A program made the position numbers and the translations under genes. From the NCBI GenBank assembly GCA_030704615.1, contig CM060732.1, forward strand, positions 67,642,001 through 67,706,000: a stretch of 64,000 nt of DNA. Direction: 5' to 3'. The stretch comes from Takakia lepidozioides. Taxonomy: Eukaryota; Plantae; Bryophyta. The notes under the pieces are model-generated. The model did no database searches, was not told the DNA's origin, and saw nothing but the letters and a program-made list of their open reading frames with translations. How positions within the stretch are numbered: position 1 is the first letter of the stretch; every line of letters starts with the position of its first letter. This document shows positions 37,060 through 48,417 of the stretch, one piece after another.

Positions 37060-40000
37060 CTAAGCCGGGCTAAGCATGCATTTCCTCCCCCACGCTCCAA
37101 GGTTGATGTCCCCATCAACGCTCTTCCGCTTTTGAGGTCGCCCTTCGAAAGCTGCAACCGCCTCGGATGCGTTTCCCATTTCTGAGGCACGCACCCAAGA
37201 TGCCTCCACATGATGATAGCCCTTCCATTTGACGAGATACTCCGTTTCTCGGTTCTTGAACCTCCTCGACTTAAGTATTGCCTCCACCTCGTACTCAGGT
37301 TCATTTTCATGATCCAACAGCATAGGTGGCGGACGCAACACTTGATGCCGATTCGGACGCGCTTCATCTTTGAAGTAAGGCTTCAAAAGGGAGACATGGA
37401 ATACTGGGTGCACCTTGCTGTTTGCCGGCAGCTCCAATTCATACACATCCTCATTCATAACCTTCCGAATGCGAAAGGGTCCCGCATACGGAGGTACGAA
37501 CTTCGGACTCACTTCCGGAGGTAGTCGGAAATTCTTGATGTTCAACCAGACCTCCGTGCCTGCCTCAAACTTCACTTCCCTCCGCTTCCGATTCGCCTGC
37601 CTTTCATACCGTTTCCTAGCTTTGGCAATGTTGTACTTTGCGAGCTTCAACAAACGCTCGCGTTCTTCCAGTACGCCGCTACTGCCGGTTCCTCAACGTC
37701 CTGGGCGGCCCAACTTGTCGGCACCAGAGGTGCTTTTCCATAGACCAATACGAAAGGGGAAACTCCCGTTGCGGAGTGTTCTGTGTTATTATAACAGAAC
37801 TCTGCCGCGTCTAAGTGTTCCACCCAGTCTGTTTGGTCTGCCGACACGTAATTCCGCAAGATCTGCTTCACTACGGAATTCACTCTTTCGTTTGGCCGTC
37901 GTCGTAGGTCGGAAGGCGGTGCTCATCTTCAGCCTCGTCCCCATCTTCTTCCAAAGTGCCTCCAAATTTACTCGTAAACTTTGGATCGCGGTCCGAGACA
38001 ATATCCTTCGGGACTCCATGATGCTTTAAGACGTGGGCGAAGTAAAGTCGCCCTGTCTCCTGCGCCGTTGCCGTCTCCTTGGTGGGGATGAAATGGCCCA
38101 TTTTACTGAACCTATCCACCACCACCATGATTGCATCGAATCCTTTTGACAGCGGCATAGCAGTCATGAAATCCATCGAGACGCTTTCCCAAGTCCCCTC
38201 TGGAATCGGCAAGGGTTGTAACAGCCCCGCTTGCTTTTTGTACTCGCTCCGGTTTTGTTGGCATGTGGTGCATGTCTTGACATACTCCTGCCTCCTCCCT
38301 CAGTTTGGGCCAGAAATACTCTTTCTTCAAGAGTGCCGCAGTGCGCTTGGCTCCGCCGTGGCCCGCAAGCGGGCTATCATGGCATTCTCTCAAGAGGCTA
38401 TCTCTGATCCCTCCCTTTGGCACGTAGAGACGTTTTTGCTTATACCGGAGCAGTCCATTTTGCAAGTGGAACTGCGATTTAACCCCCATCCTCAAGTCCT
38501 GCATCACGGACTTCGCCAGCTCATCCTTCCGGCAAGCCTTCCGGATCTTCCTTTGGAGCGCCGTCTCGCCCTTGTACACCAAAGAGCTGCTGCTTTCTAC
38601 TTAAAGCATCGGCCACCACATTGTCCCGTCCCGGTTTGTACTGGATATCCACGTCGAACACCGCCAAAGTATCTTGCCACCTAAGTTGTTTTGGGGACAA
38701 CTTGGGCTGCGTGGCAAAATACTTCACCGTGACATTGTCCGTGAACACCTTCACTGGGTTGGAACCAACATAGTGGCGCCAAAGCTCAAGGCAATGCACC
38801 ACCGCCTTCATCTCTTTTTCGTGCGTCGGCCACCGTCGCTCCACTTCATTCAGTTTCTTACTTTCGTAAGCCACTGGACGTCCATCTTGCATAAGTACAC
38901 CCCCAATCGCGAAGTCCGACGCATCTGTATGAATCTCAAACGGACGATCGAACTCCGGGATTTTCAAGACTGGAGCTTCCGCCATCCGCTGCTTCAATTC
39001 AGCAAAAGCTTGGCCACAAAATGTGTTCCATACCCAGACTTTGGATTTACACAGAAGGTCCGACAGCGGCCCCGCGATCTTGGCGAAATTTCTCACATAC
39101 TTCCGGTAATAGGAGGCGAGTCCTAGGAAGGATCGCACTCCCGGGACCGAAGTCGGAGGCTCCCAGTCCAAGATCGCCCTCACCTTTCTGTCATCCATTT
39201 TGATCCCATCCTGTGTAATCACATGCCCCAAGAACTCCACTTTGTGACCCCGAATTCGCACTTTGAAGCTTTGGCATACAGCTTCCCTTCCGCAATTTTT
39301 GGAACACCCTTTTGAGGTGCTCCAGGTGCTCCTCCTTTGTTTTCGAGTACACCAAGATGTCGTCGATGTACACGATCACAAAGTCATCCAACCACTCCTG
39401 AAAAGGCTGTTCATCAGCGTGCTAAATGTCGCTGGTGCATTGGTGAGCCCAAAAGGCATCACCAAGAACTCATATGAACCATACCTTGTCCTGCACGCGG
39501 TCTTCTCCTCATCTCCTTCCGCCACCCGAATTTGATGATAGCCGGAGCGCAAGTCGATCCGGCTGAAATACTTCGCTCCTGCCAACCGATCGAAGAGGTC
39601 GTCGATCCTTGGCAAAGGGTACCGGTTTTTGATAGTCACCTTATTCAAGCCCTGTAATCGACACACATCCGCAGCGTCCCATCCTTCTTGTCTGCGAATA
39701 GCACCGGGGCTCCGTAAGGTGACTTCGGCCGGATGTACCCCTTTGACATTAGATCCTTGAGCTGAGTCTTCAGCTCGACCAACTCTCTGTGGCTCAACCG
39801 GTAGGGCGCCTTGGCAGGCGGTTCCGATCCCGGTATCACCTCAATCTTGTGGTCAACTCCTCTTCGCGGTGGCAAGCCGCTTGGTAAATCCTCCGGCATC
39901 ACATCCTGGTATTTCTCCAAAATCCCCTTGATCCAATCTGGGCTCGGCTCCCCATCGCCTTCTCCCTTCACTTCTCTAATGTAAAGCAAAAACTGGGGCT

Positions 40001-40470
40001 CGTGTGCCTCCTCCACGGCCCACTCCCTTGCTGACAGAAGGTTTATTCGCCCTCCCACGTTTTGGGCGTTTCCGACACTCGTAAACCTCGCCACCATTCC
40101 CACATGGCAGCGTGACTACTCTCTTGCGGCCATCTATGACCGCTCCGGATTTGCTCAAAAAGGTCATCCCCAAAATGAGATCCACTCCATCGATCTCGCA
40201 GATGGTGAAGTTCTCACGTCCCTCCCAACTCCCCAGTTGAAGAGGAACATCAAACGCCAACCTTGTCGCCAACTGTGGTTCTCCTTTGGCAGAACGCACC
40301 TCAATAGAGGCCCCCACGTCACTTGTCGGGAGTCCCAGCTTTGTGCCGTTGCCGGTGTCATGAAGGAGTGCGACGCTCCTGTGTCCACCAACAACGACAC
40401 ATTAGTTCCGGATATTATCCCATCCACGAACAATAACTGACTCCCTTTTCGTAAGGCGCCAGTTTCCTGA
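37060..40470 (-). pseudogene. pol: protease, RT, RNase H, integrase, chromodomain (many frameshifts)
   Basis: LLVDTGASHSF; [14 protein letters not shown]; [12 protein letters not shown]; YIDDILVYS; DASDFAIGGVL; HDSPLAGHGG; VVVDRFSKMGHF; GPF; EYEVEAIL..YLVKWKGY. Confidence 0.95.
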
Positions 40471-40559
40471 TACAACTCACAAGAAAATTTGCCTACCTTG
40501 CAAGTCCTGGCGACCACCGCTTCCACCAAGCGACTGATGGTATCTTCCGACAGCTCCGT

Positions 40560-41575
40560 GGTCGCCCGAGTCATGTTCAATTGCCGGGCTTCGTGCACTT
40601 CTTGGCCATGTGCCCGGGCTCCCGCAATTGAAACACACTCCATCAAAGGTCGCCTTCTGTCCGCCATAAGCCGCTCCACCCGCTTTTCCTTTCGAAGCAC
40701 CGGGTGCCGCCTTGACGTGTGAAGGCCCTCCCTTCGATTTCCACGTGCCATTGTCGCCGCGTGGCCTATCCCACTTCTTTTCCGGTCGGAAGGAGTCACC
40801 TTTCCCGCCGGGTCTTCTTGTGGTTCAGCTCCGTACGGCCTTGTCTCTCACCCCTAGGGACATCCGAGAAACATTCAGCCCTCTCAATTGCCTCGTTCAA
40901 AGTCTTGGGTGGCTTCTCCTCCAACTTCCGCCTGGCCCATGGGGCCAGTCCCGCCACAAAGTTGAAGACCATTTCTGGTTCTGCCATGTCCGCGACTTCG
41001 AGCAACAGCACATTGAAAGCCTGGACATACCCCGAATGTCATCTGTTTGCTTCAAATTCCTCATCTTGTCCGGGCAAGCCAGGACGCGTTGAGGGCACAA
41101 ACTGTCTCTTCATCAATTCCTTGAACCCACTCCAGTTCAAGGTTTCCGGGCTTGGACCTCGGTCGTGAAGGCGTTTCTGCCACCATTGTTGAGCATAGCC
41201 CCTCAAATAGGTGGGAGCCACTTCCACCCGATCCTCGTCACTCAACTTGGCCGCCCGGAAGTACTGCTCTAGCTCCAGGAGCCAGGTGTTGAGTGCCTTC
41301 CGATTTCGGACGCCCTCGAAGGTGCCGGGTTCCTTAGGCTTCACCTTAAACTTTGCCTTAGTGGAAGTGGCATTAGCCGCCTTCAACACGTCTTTCAACG
41401 TCCCGCCAAACTGCGCCAACAACCCTTCCCAAAAGGCTGCCGGCATGGGAGGCATCTGTTGGTTGTCGGAGCTCTCAGGATTCCTCGGGCTCCGACTCCT
41501 CGGATTCCTCCCGCTCTTGAGCGGCCTCGTTTTCGGAAACATGCATCGCTTCCTCAAACGGCCGCTCGGTGACAC
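40560..41575 (-). pseudogene. gag of the nested chromovirus
   Basis: KPKEPGTFEG..WLLELEQYF..YLRGYAQQWW; FVAGLAPW..PKTLNEAI; knuckle remnant CFNCG at ~40620. Confidence 0.85.
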
Positions 41576-41690
41576 GTCGCCCCATCGGGCTCACCAGGAT
41601 CATCATCTTTTGGGCCGTTCCGCTTTCGCTTTGGCTTGCCCGACCCCATGATGAGGCCAATCCCAAGGACGATCGCGTACTGAACTCTAA

Positions 41691-41702
41691 GCTCTGATAC
41701 CA
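41691..41702 (-). promoter_or_regulatory. PBS complementary to tRNA-iMet (TGGTATCAGAGC)
   Basis: GCTCTGATACCA on the + strand, 2 nt from the 5' LTR. Confidence 0.93.
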
Positions 41703-41704
41703 AG

Positions 41705-42421
41705 TGTCGCGCACCTCACTTCGGTAAGCTCCCCTTCAAATAGTTACTCGCTTTGATGCGCGCGCCTGACTCCCAACCTGGCCGCCGGGCCAACTTGGAG
41801 CTTCGGCTGCTCACCGGGACATAACGGTCCCCCTTTGCTTCCCACTAAACCCTCCACCTTTGGGACTAGGAGAATTCCCTTTGGTAGATGGCAGTCCGGA
41901 ACAGCTCCCCACTCTTTGGTCGCTTTCCGGCTCGCTCGCTTACTCACTAGTTTTTGGTCACCAACGGGCTTGCACCGTTCTCGGGGTTACTACTCCCTAT
42001 ATATACTTCTGTAGCTGTCCGCGGGGGTTTCACAACCAGCCATGCCATTTTATGGCGAACCACCACGAAAACCCTCGACTCCCGGTGATGAGTCGCGGTG
42101 AGTCTTGGCCCACTCACCACGGCCCCTATGGACCGTGATGAGTCCCAAGACTCCCCACGACTCCCACCACGAGGTCTCCGCCCCCATGGTGAGTCCTATG
42201 CCACCCCCACTAAGTCCCGCTAAGCTACCACCACCCCTTGTGGAGCCACCCCCACTGCAACCCGGTGTGCGGGGCTCCACCTAGTGAGCGCCTCCGCCTC
42301 CTTGAGTGCCTTGGGCACTCAAGGGTGCTTCAGCCCCCCATACCTATCGCTGCCGCTGCCCCACCACAGGGGCAGCCCCTCATGTGTCCCGACCCCCTGC
42401 CCTCAGGCAAAGGGCCGCACA
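41705..42421 (-). repeat. 5' LTR of the nested chromovirus
   Basis: Direct repeat of 35493-36214. Confidence 0.93.
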
Positions 42422-42500
42422 TAGGTGGAGGACTTAGTGAGGCTATGGTCACTATCACATCTTGTGGCTACCTGGACTTAGAGGGACCTAAGCACTAGCT

Positions 42501-42510
42501 AGGGGGGCGA
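42501..42510 (+). promoter_or_regulatory. Polypurine tract of copy 2
   Basis: AGGGGGGCGA immediately before the T-TGTGTGG start of B1. Confidence 0.7.
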
Positions 42511-42664
42511 TTGTGTGGACTAGTGACTGACTAGTTGTAGCCTAGTGGTTGGACTAGTGGCTGGACTAGTGGTGGACTAGTGGTATACTAGTGTGTGGTG
42601 TGCACTTGTGTTGTGTGGTTTTGGATAGCGATGTAGTTGTGTAGCGATATGTATGCGCACGACA
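42510..42664 (+). repeat. Terminal repeat B1
   Basis: ATTGTGTGGACTAGTGACTG...GTATGCGCACGACA, repeated at 42983-43160; rich in (GG)ACTAGT. Confidence 0.92.
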
Positions 42665-42666
42665 GC

Positions 42667-42981
42667 TGTCAAGTTATTTTACCACTAGTGTGAAACTAGC
42701 TAGGAAATAGCTAGCTTTTACATATTGACATTTGGGATTGGCCCAAGTGTCAATCCAGGGGTCAAGGCAGATTTAGGCCCTGGAGTGGTTATCTTCATGG
42801 CAAGCGCGGAAGGCTCATCTTTCTCGAGTTGAGCCTCACCGCGCCTAGCTATGGCGCCGTAGTGTGGATTCCCATGGCGTGGGGTGCACTTGGCTTGACT
42901 TGTATTTGAGTGATGAGGTTATATATGCATGAGTTTATGCTTCAGATTTGTGAGCTCGTGCTTGTATTCTTCTTCTTTATC
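42667..42981 (+). repeat. Terminal repeat A2
   Basis: Copy of 28833-29148. Confidence 0.95.
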
Positions 42982-42982
42982 T

Positions 42983-43160
42983 ATTGTGTGGACTAGTGAC
43001 TGCCATAGTGGCAGCCTAGTGACTGACTAGTTGTAGCCTAGTGGTTGGACTAGTGGCTGGACTAGTGGTGGACTAGTGGTATACTAGTGTGTGGTGTGCA
43101 CATGTGTTGTGTGGTTTTGGACAACGATGTAGTTGTGTAGCAATATGTATGCGCACGACA
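42983..43160 (+). repeat. Terminal repeat B2 (right end of the element)
   Basis: Copy of B1 with a ~23-bp extra segment; ends GACA followed by the TSD. Confidence 0.92.
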
Positions 43161-44464
43161 CGAGTTCCAGATTTCGAGCCACCTCACTTTTTGAGCAGGG
43201 TCAACCATGGAAATCAACAGACGGTGGATCTGTTCTTGTGTCATCTCAAGTTTAGTAGGCTTGTTCCAGTGGATCCGAATCTGCTCCAGAAACCCCTTTC
43301 CCAGTCCAGGGTCAGCAATTCTTATGTGCTTGTCAAACGCACTCTTGAGGTTCTTCCTCGCCATATCCATCTCCTCCTTTATTTTGCTCTCTACCCCGTT
43401 TGCTGTTCTCTCATCCTCCGGAGTAGTGGCATAATACTCCTGCTTGGCTCGCTCTCTAGCATCTGTAATTTCTTGCTGTGACACAAGGACGGTGGTCTCT
43501 TATTACATCACAGGCCATGTAACGACAACTTCAATCAAAAAATGAAAGAATGTAGAAGTCTGACAAGGAACTAGTCTTACCGCGTAGAAGTACTCGAGGA
43601 AAGCTTCCCTCATCAGATTGTACCAAGTTTTAGATTTCTTGATTGTTTGGCATTTCTTCAGTGTCTCCGCAGACAAGACGCTGGAGAATGTTTCCAACGG
43701 CATGACTCCGATACTTTGCATCCAAAACAATGTATGCACTATGTTCGTTGTGACGTGTGATGTCTCCGTGCCCCTGCATTCAAAGCATATGAGTACAAAT
43801 TCTTCAAGCTTGGGACAGACATGTAATCCAAAGAAACAAAATAAAACAAGACTTACTTGTTGACATCATGCATTGCAGTCAGAAGTTATGTTATTTTGCC
43901 TTGTGGATCCAAAACCATTGACACAACTCGATGGTGCCAGTCTTTGTTGTCGGCATACATTCTCGTGATATATTCCGTCCAAGCAACCAAACGGTGATTA
44001 CCATCCTATACAAAGAACATCTTCCCCATGTGCTGCCTGTGAGATGGGTTTTGGGAAAGCTTTGCCTCAAACTCCGTGTTCACTTCTTTCCAAAGTAGGT
44101 CCCAACCGGCCATAATCTCCTCATCAACCATTTTCTCTGATCCCTGGATGTCTGTCACTGAAACGTAAAAGACTGCGGAGCCCTTCAAGTACCCGTGGAT
44201 AAAATCACCCTGTAGCTTCTTGATATCATGATGCAGGGCTGGACGAACGGCAGATATGGAAATCATCCTTCATAGAAGAATCATAAGGGTGCCGTCCCGA
44301 ACTTCCATGGAATGTATGACCTTCTTGGAGTTTACCTTCAAGGTGTACATCAGAGAATGCACTTTATCTTCATAATTGTCACATGGGTCTTCCTCTTGAG
44401 TTTCAGGAACAGATGTCTCTTGTGCAGGCTGGCTTTCCCCCACCTTCTTCCTTTTTTTTTGCAT
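43161..44464 (-). pseudogene. 5' exons of the ParB/Srx-like domain gene (interrupted by copy 2)
   Basis: KMFFV*DGNHRLVAW (DGNHR at 43991-44005; ParB/Srx DGxHR motif; TAG probably from TGG). GTAAG donors at ~43856 and ~43580. Exon QEITDARERAK...EIWNS. Confidence 0.7.
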
Positions 44465-44499
44465 TCATTTGTGTGTCTAGGCATCAGATTCAGACCACT

Positions 44500-45446
44500 A
44501 TTAAGGTGTCGTCACCGATGCCTTAATATGACTCTTCATCCCTACTTCAAACTACGCCTACCTATGGAAAAGTTGCCTTCATCTGCTTCAAAGTAACCAC
44601 TACACTTGAAATAACACCATAGATTAAGTTGTCGTCAACGATGCCTTAATTCGACTCTTTTTTCTGTTTCAAACAACCCTCGTAGTGGAGACTCTGGACC
44701 CATTACACTGTTCTTCTCTGCTTCAATGTAAGCCTCAATGTGCATTTGACAGACCAGATTAAGGTGTCGTCAATGATGCCTTAATTGAAGCAGAGAGGAA
44801 CATGATCAAGGATGGAGAGTCTGCACATTCCGGGGTTGTTTGAAACAGAAGTCTCCCTAAAAACAGATTTTACACTCCATATTAAGGTATGGTCAACGAA
44901 GCCTTAATTTGCCTCTTAATTTACGTTTCAGACATCCCCTCAGAGTGCAGACTATCCACCCTAATCATATTTTTCTCTGCTTCATACTACTCAAAACAGA
45001 TTTGACAGACAGATTAAGGTGTCGTGAACGATGCCTTAATTCGCCTCCTTATTTTTGCTTAAAACAGTCATTCAATGTGCAGACTCTCCACCCCTGATCC
45101 TGTTCCTCTCTGCTTCAAAGTATCCATAAAATCAGATTTTACACTCCAGATTAAGGTATCATCAACGATGCCTTAATTTGCCTCCTAATTTATGTTTCAG
45201 ACATCCCCTCACTATGCAGACTATCCACCCTAATCTTGTTCATATATGCTTCAAAGTATGCCTCAAAACAAAATTGACAGTCCAGATTAAGATGTCGTCA
45301 ACGACGCCTTAATTCGTTGTCTTATTTCTGTTACAGCCAACCCCTCACTTTCCAAACTCTCCACCCCTAATGTTGTTCCTCTCTGATTAAATGTTACCCT
45401 CACTGTAAATGGCAGGCCACATTAAGCTGTCGTCAACGTCCTTCAA
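44500..45446. repeat. Array of 8 palindromes ATTAAGGTGTCGTCAACGATGCCTTAAT, ~125-135 bp period
   Basis: Copies at about 44500, 44623, 44758, 44881, 45013, 45150, 45286 and 45421. Confidence 0.9.
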
Positions 45447-46199
45447 CGCCCGCAAAGACAGCATTGCGTTGGATGGGCGCTCCCGGGTAAGAATGCCCAT
45501 CTGCTTCGTAGCGGCCTCCTGCACAAGAGTAACACCACTGCTTGGCTTGGCAGGCCTTCCTCCTCTCTTATAGGTGGCATTCTCTCCATCCTAGCCTCAT
45601 GCAAGAGGGGAAGTTCCAATAGCTCCTCCAGCTGCTTATCCAGTATATACGGCTCCTCACCTCCCCGACACTGCAACCCTTCGCCAGCAGATCCCTCCCC
45701 CTCACGTTCTCTCTCTCCCTCAAAAAGATCAAGCACCCTCCGAGTCTTGCTCATCATCTCTCTCGCTTGCAACCTTTGCCTCGCCGACGTGTAGTAAAAG
45801 AGACTTCCGACGCGACCTTTCCCTTGCAGAAACAATGTCGTTCTTGGGAGGCTCCAGTGTGAATAGTTTGAAATGACACATACGAGACTCTCATCTTCCT
45901 ATGCACCACGAAATGGATGGATGGCGGTTGGGGTTTCATCTATGAAATCATCCATTTAGGCTTTTCCCCTAAAACAATAACGGTTCTTAATTAGCTTGTT
46001 CGAATTGCGGCGGGGGGTTGTTTGATGTGCAACTTGGAAATGGGCAACTGGCATGGACCATCATTGCCGGTCTGGGCCCTGTTAGCGGAACCTTTGAATG
46101 GATACCACGTACTCGTGGGTGTCAGTTGGTGTTCGACCAACATAGGGGGCGTTAGGGAATGGGCTGCGGATTTGTCCGTAGGAAGCAGATAACCAGAGC

Positions 46200-46500
46200 A
46201 AAATTGAGTCTGCTAGAGCCCTGCAGTGCCGGATTACCCAAATTGTGAATGTCCCCTCTCCAGGCTATGGGCAGGTGTACAGTATGGTGACAACGGGATC
46301 GGTTCTTCAAGACAGAACTTATGAAATTACTATTGGCAATTTTCCAAATTGCACATGCCCGGACTTCGACAACACGATATCAAGCTCCATTGGAAAGAGA
46401 GGAAAATTTGTCCCAAGCAAACATCTTTACTACATCTACATTCACAGGATGTTTTGTGATCCACAACGAGACATGTGCACAAATGCACAATGGGTCCCAG
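46200..46500 (+). pseudogene. SWIM zinc-finger gene fragment, divergent from the ParB-like gene
   Basis: TYEITIGNFPNCTCPDF...FVP(S)KHLYYI matches CxC-xn-CxH with the third Cys mutated. Confidence 0.7.
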
Positions 46501-46512
46501 TGACGTTCTAAC

Positions 46513-47314
46513 CAGTGTTGGGCGGTTCTTGCCTTTTTGAAGGAACCTTCGGTTCCGGTTCCACAAATTTTTGAAGAGACGGTTCCGGATCCGGATCTGG
46601 TTATTTTTTATTAAGGCGGTTCCGGTCCGGTTCAGGTTCCGACTTTTTAACATGGGGGCGGTTCCGGTTACCGGTTAGTTGCTGGAAAAAAAACACCGGT
46701 TCCGGTTAGGTTCCGGTTCTTTTTAAAAAATATATGAAATTCTTTTAATTTTTTATTCTTCTGGAAAATTAGATGAACTGATCTGATTGGTCATACTGAG
46801 AATTTTCAACTAAAACCAGGGAATTTATTAGTAAAACAGAAGTAAATAAACTTATATGTTTTTTGTGATTGTCTTTTATGGTATATATAACTAGTTATAT
46901 ACGCATGGTCTCCATTAAAAACGGAAAACCAGAGATTTTATAAGTTGTCGTACGGTGTAGCAAAGAACAACTAAAACAAACTAACTACATAAGGATCTTA
47001 ATTCAAAATACAAAACAAATTAAACATGTGTAATTCTATGGTTACCTTTTATGGTGCAGCAAAAGCACAACTAAAAAAAATACATAAATTTGGACCGGAA
47101 CCGGAACCGGAACCGCTTTGGAGCTGGAACCGCCGGTTCCCACACATGTGGTCGTAGCTGGAACCGCCGGTTCCAGTTCCCACACAATCCCCAATGAGAG
47201 GTTCCGGTTCCGGTTCCGGTTCTGCACAGGCGGGTCCGGTTCCGGTCCGGTTCCACATAACCGGAACCGGAACCTGCGGTTACCCGGGCCCAGGCGGGTA
47301 ACCGCCCAACACTG
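46513..47314. mobile_element. hAT-type MITE
   Basis: TIR CAGTGTTGGGCGGTT; 8-bp TSD GTTCTAAC/GTTCAAAC (7/8); dense CCGGTT/CCGGAA subterminal repeats. Confidence 0.9.
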
Positions 47315-48169
47315 GTTCAAACACTTCTGCAACGAGATAGGTTGTTGTGATTACATTGGTTTTTTTTTGTTTTTTTTTTTGGTTTTTTTGCATGAATTCT
47401 TCATCTGTATATGGAATTAATATGCAAATAAAAAATAAGAGCCAATAAATATATCATTTCGCTTGTTAGGTATTTGTTTTGCTAAAAATAACCTCTGTTA
47501 GATGTTAGATCAACAAAATAGTGTTGGGAGACTAGATAAACATGTTCAAAGTTAATTTAAGCTCCATGAAGAGTTTTGTAAATGCTCACGCATCGTTTGA
47601 TCAAAAGACTTATTCACATATTGTAAAAATGATATAGAACTTGTTGTTAAAAAAATTGGCTTGGACAATTCAAAGGAAACAGATAAGGAGCGATTTGGTT
47701 GGTATCAAGATCACAAAGTAAAAATGATAGCTGCAACACAAGGAGAATCCATGGCCCCACATGGATGTAGATGGAAAGGCACCCATTTTAGTCCTCCAAA
47801 TTGATTCAGCCAGTTGCAAACCTGGTAGATTACATGCTCATGGTGGTAGGTATTTCTATCCATAAGATCGCTACTCAGTCAGCAGACAAATCATTGATTT
47901 GAACTACGAAAGATTGCGGCAAGCTGCAATACTCAGCGCTTCCCATGGTTTACTCATGTAGGCAAGCGAAACTAACAGACACAACCTTAGAGACTCATCG
48001 TCACATCCTTGTGGTCAATTGTTAGAATGTGTTAAGGATGTACAAACTATGTACTCGTCCCTGACACATACGAGCCAAATAAACTCTGACTCCAATTGGA
48101 GATGATAGAAAGGAAGAGTTGTCGCTTGCGCTTTCAAGACTCCACGAGGAAGAAGTGCCAAGATATATG

Positions 48170-48417
48170 ATACCCTACATTTCTTTATTTACCCTTTTCA
48201 TTTATCCTCAACTATTAAACATTTATCTGCGGATAAAGGGTATATGGAAATTATGTACCCTTCAGACGGGTAAGGGTAAGGGTATCTCAGATTAGTTACC
48301 CGTCTGAAGGGTAAGGATAAGGGTAAATGAAATGGGCCAATCCAGGTAAATCATTTACCCTTACCTTGATTTATCCGCTGAGTAAATCCGGATAAATGAT
48401 TTACCCTCACAACACTA
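48170..48417. mobile_element. MITE remnant with TTACCC/GGGTAA repeats
   Basis: Inverted repeat TACCCTTCAGACGGGTAA..TTACCCGTCTGAAGGGTA; right end CACAACACTA. Confidence 0.5.

Larger units (their letters stand above)
35493..42421 (-). mobile_element. Full-length Ty3/gypsy chromovirus nested in copy 2
   Basis: Two ~720-bp near-identical LTRs, tRNA-iMet PBS, gag-PR-RT-RNaseH-IN-chromodomain order. Confidence 0.95.
28833..43160 (+). mobile_element. DNMT-carrying gypsy-like retroelement copy 2, internally deleted, A...B-A-B termini, TSD CGAG
   Basis: Ends TGTC...GACA. CGAG at 28829-28832 and 43161-43164. Removing it restores the host frame WNS|DPI. Carries a gag-PR-DNMT remnant and a nested chromovirus. 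Confidence 0.88.

Noticed and set aside
28833-43160. Classification as a DIRS/PAT/Ngaro element
   Set aside because: The family has an aspartic protease, gypsy-type RT, PPT, TG..CA ends and a TSD. No tyrosine recombinase is visible, although the pol 3' end is missing from both copies here.
47042-47420. Short ORFs with NR/GT/EP repeats
   Set aside because: Translations of MITE subterminal CCGGAA repeats.
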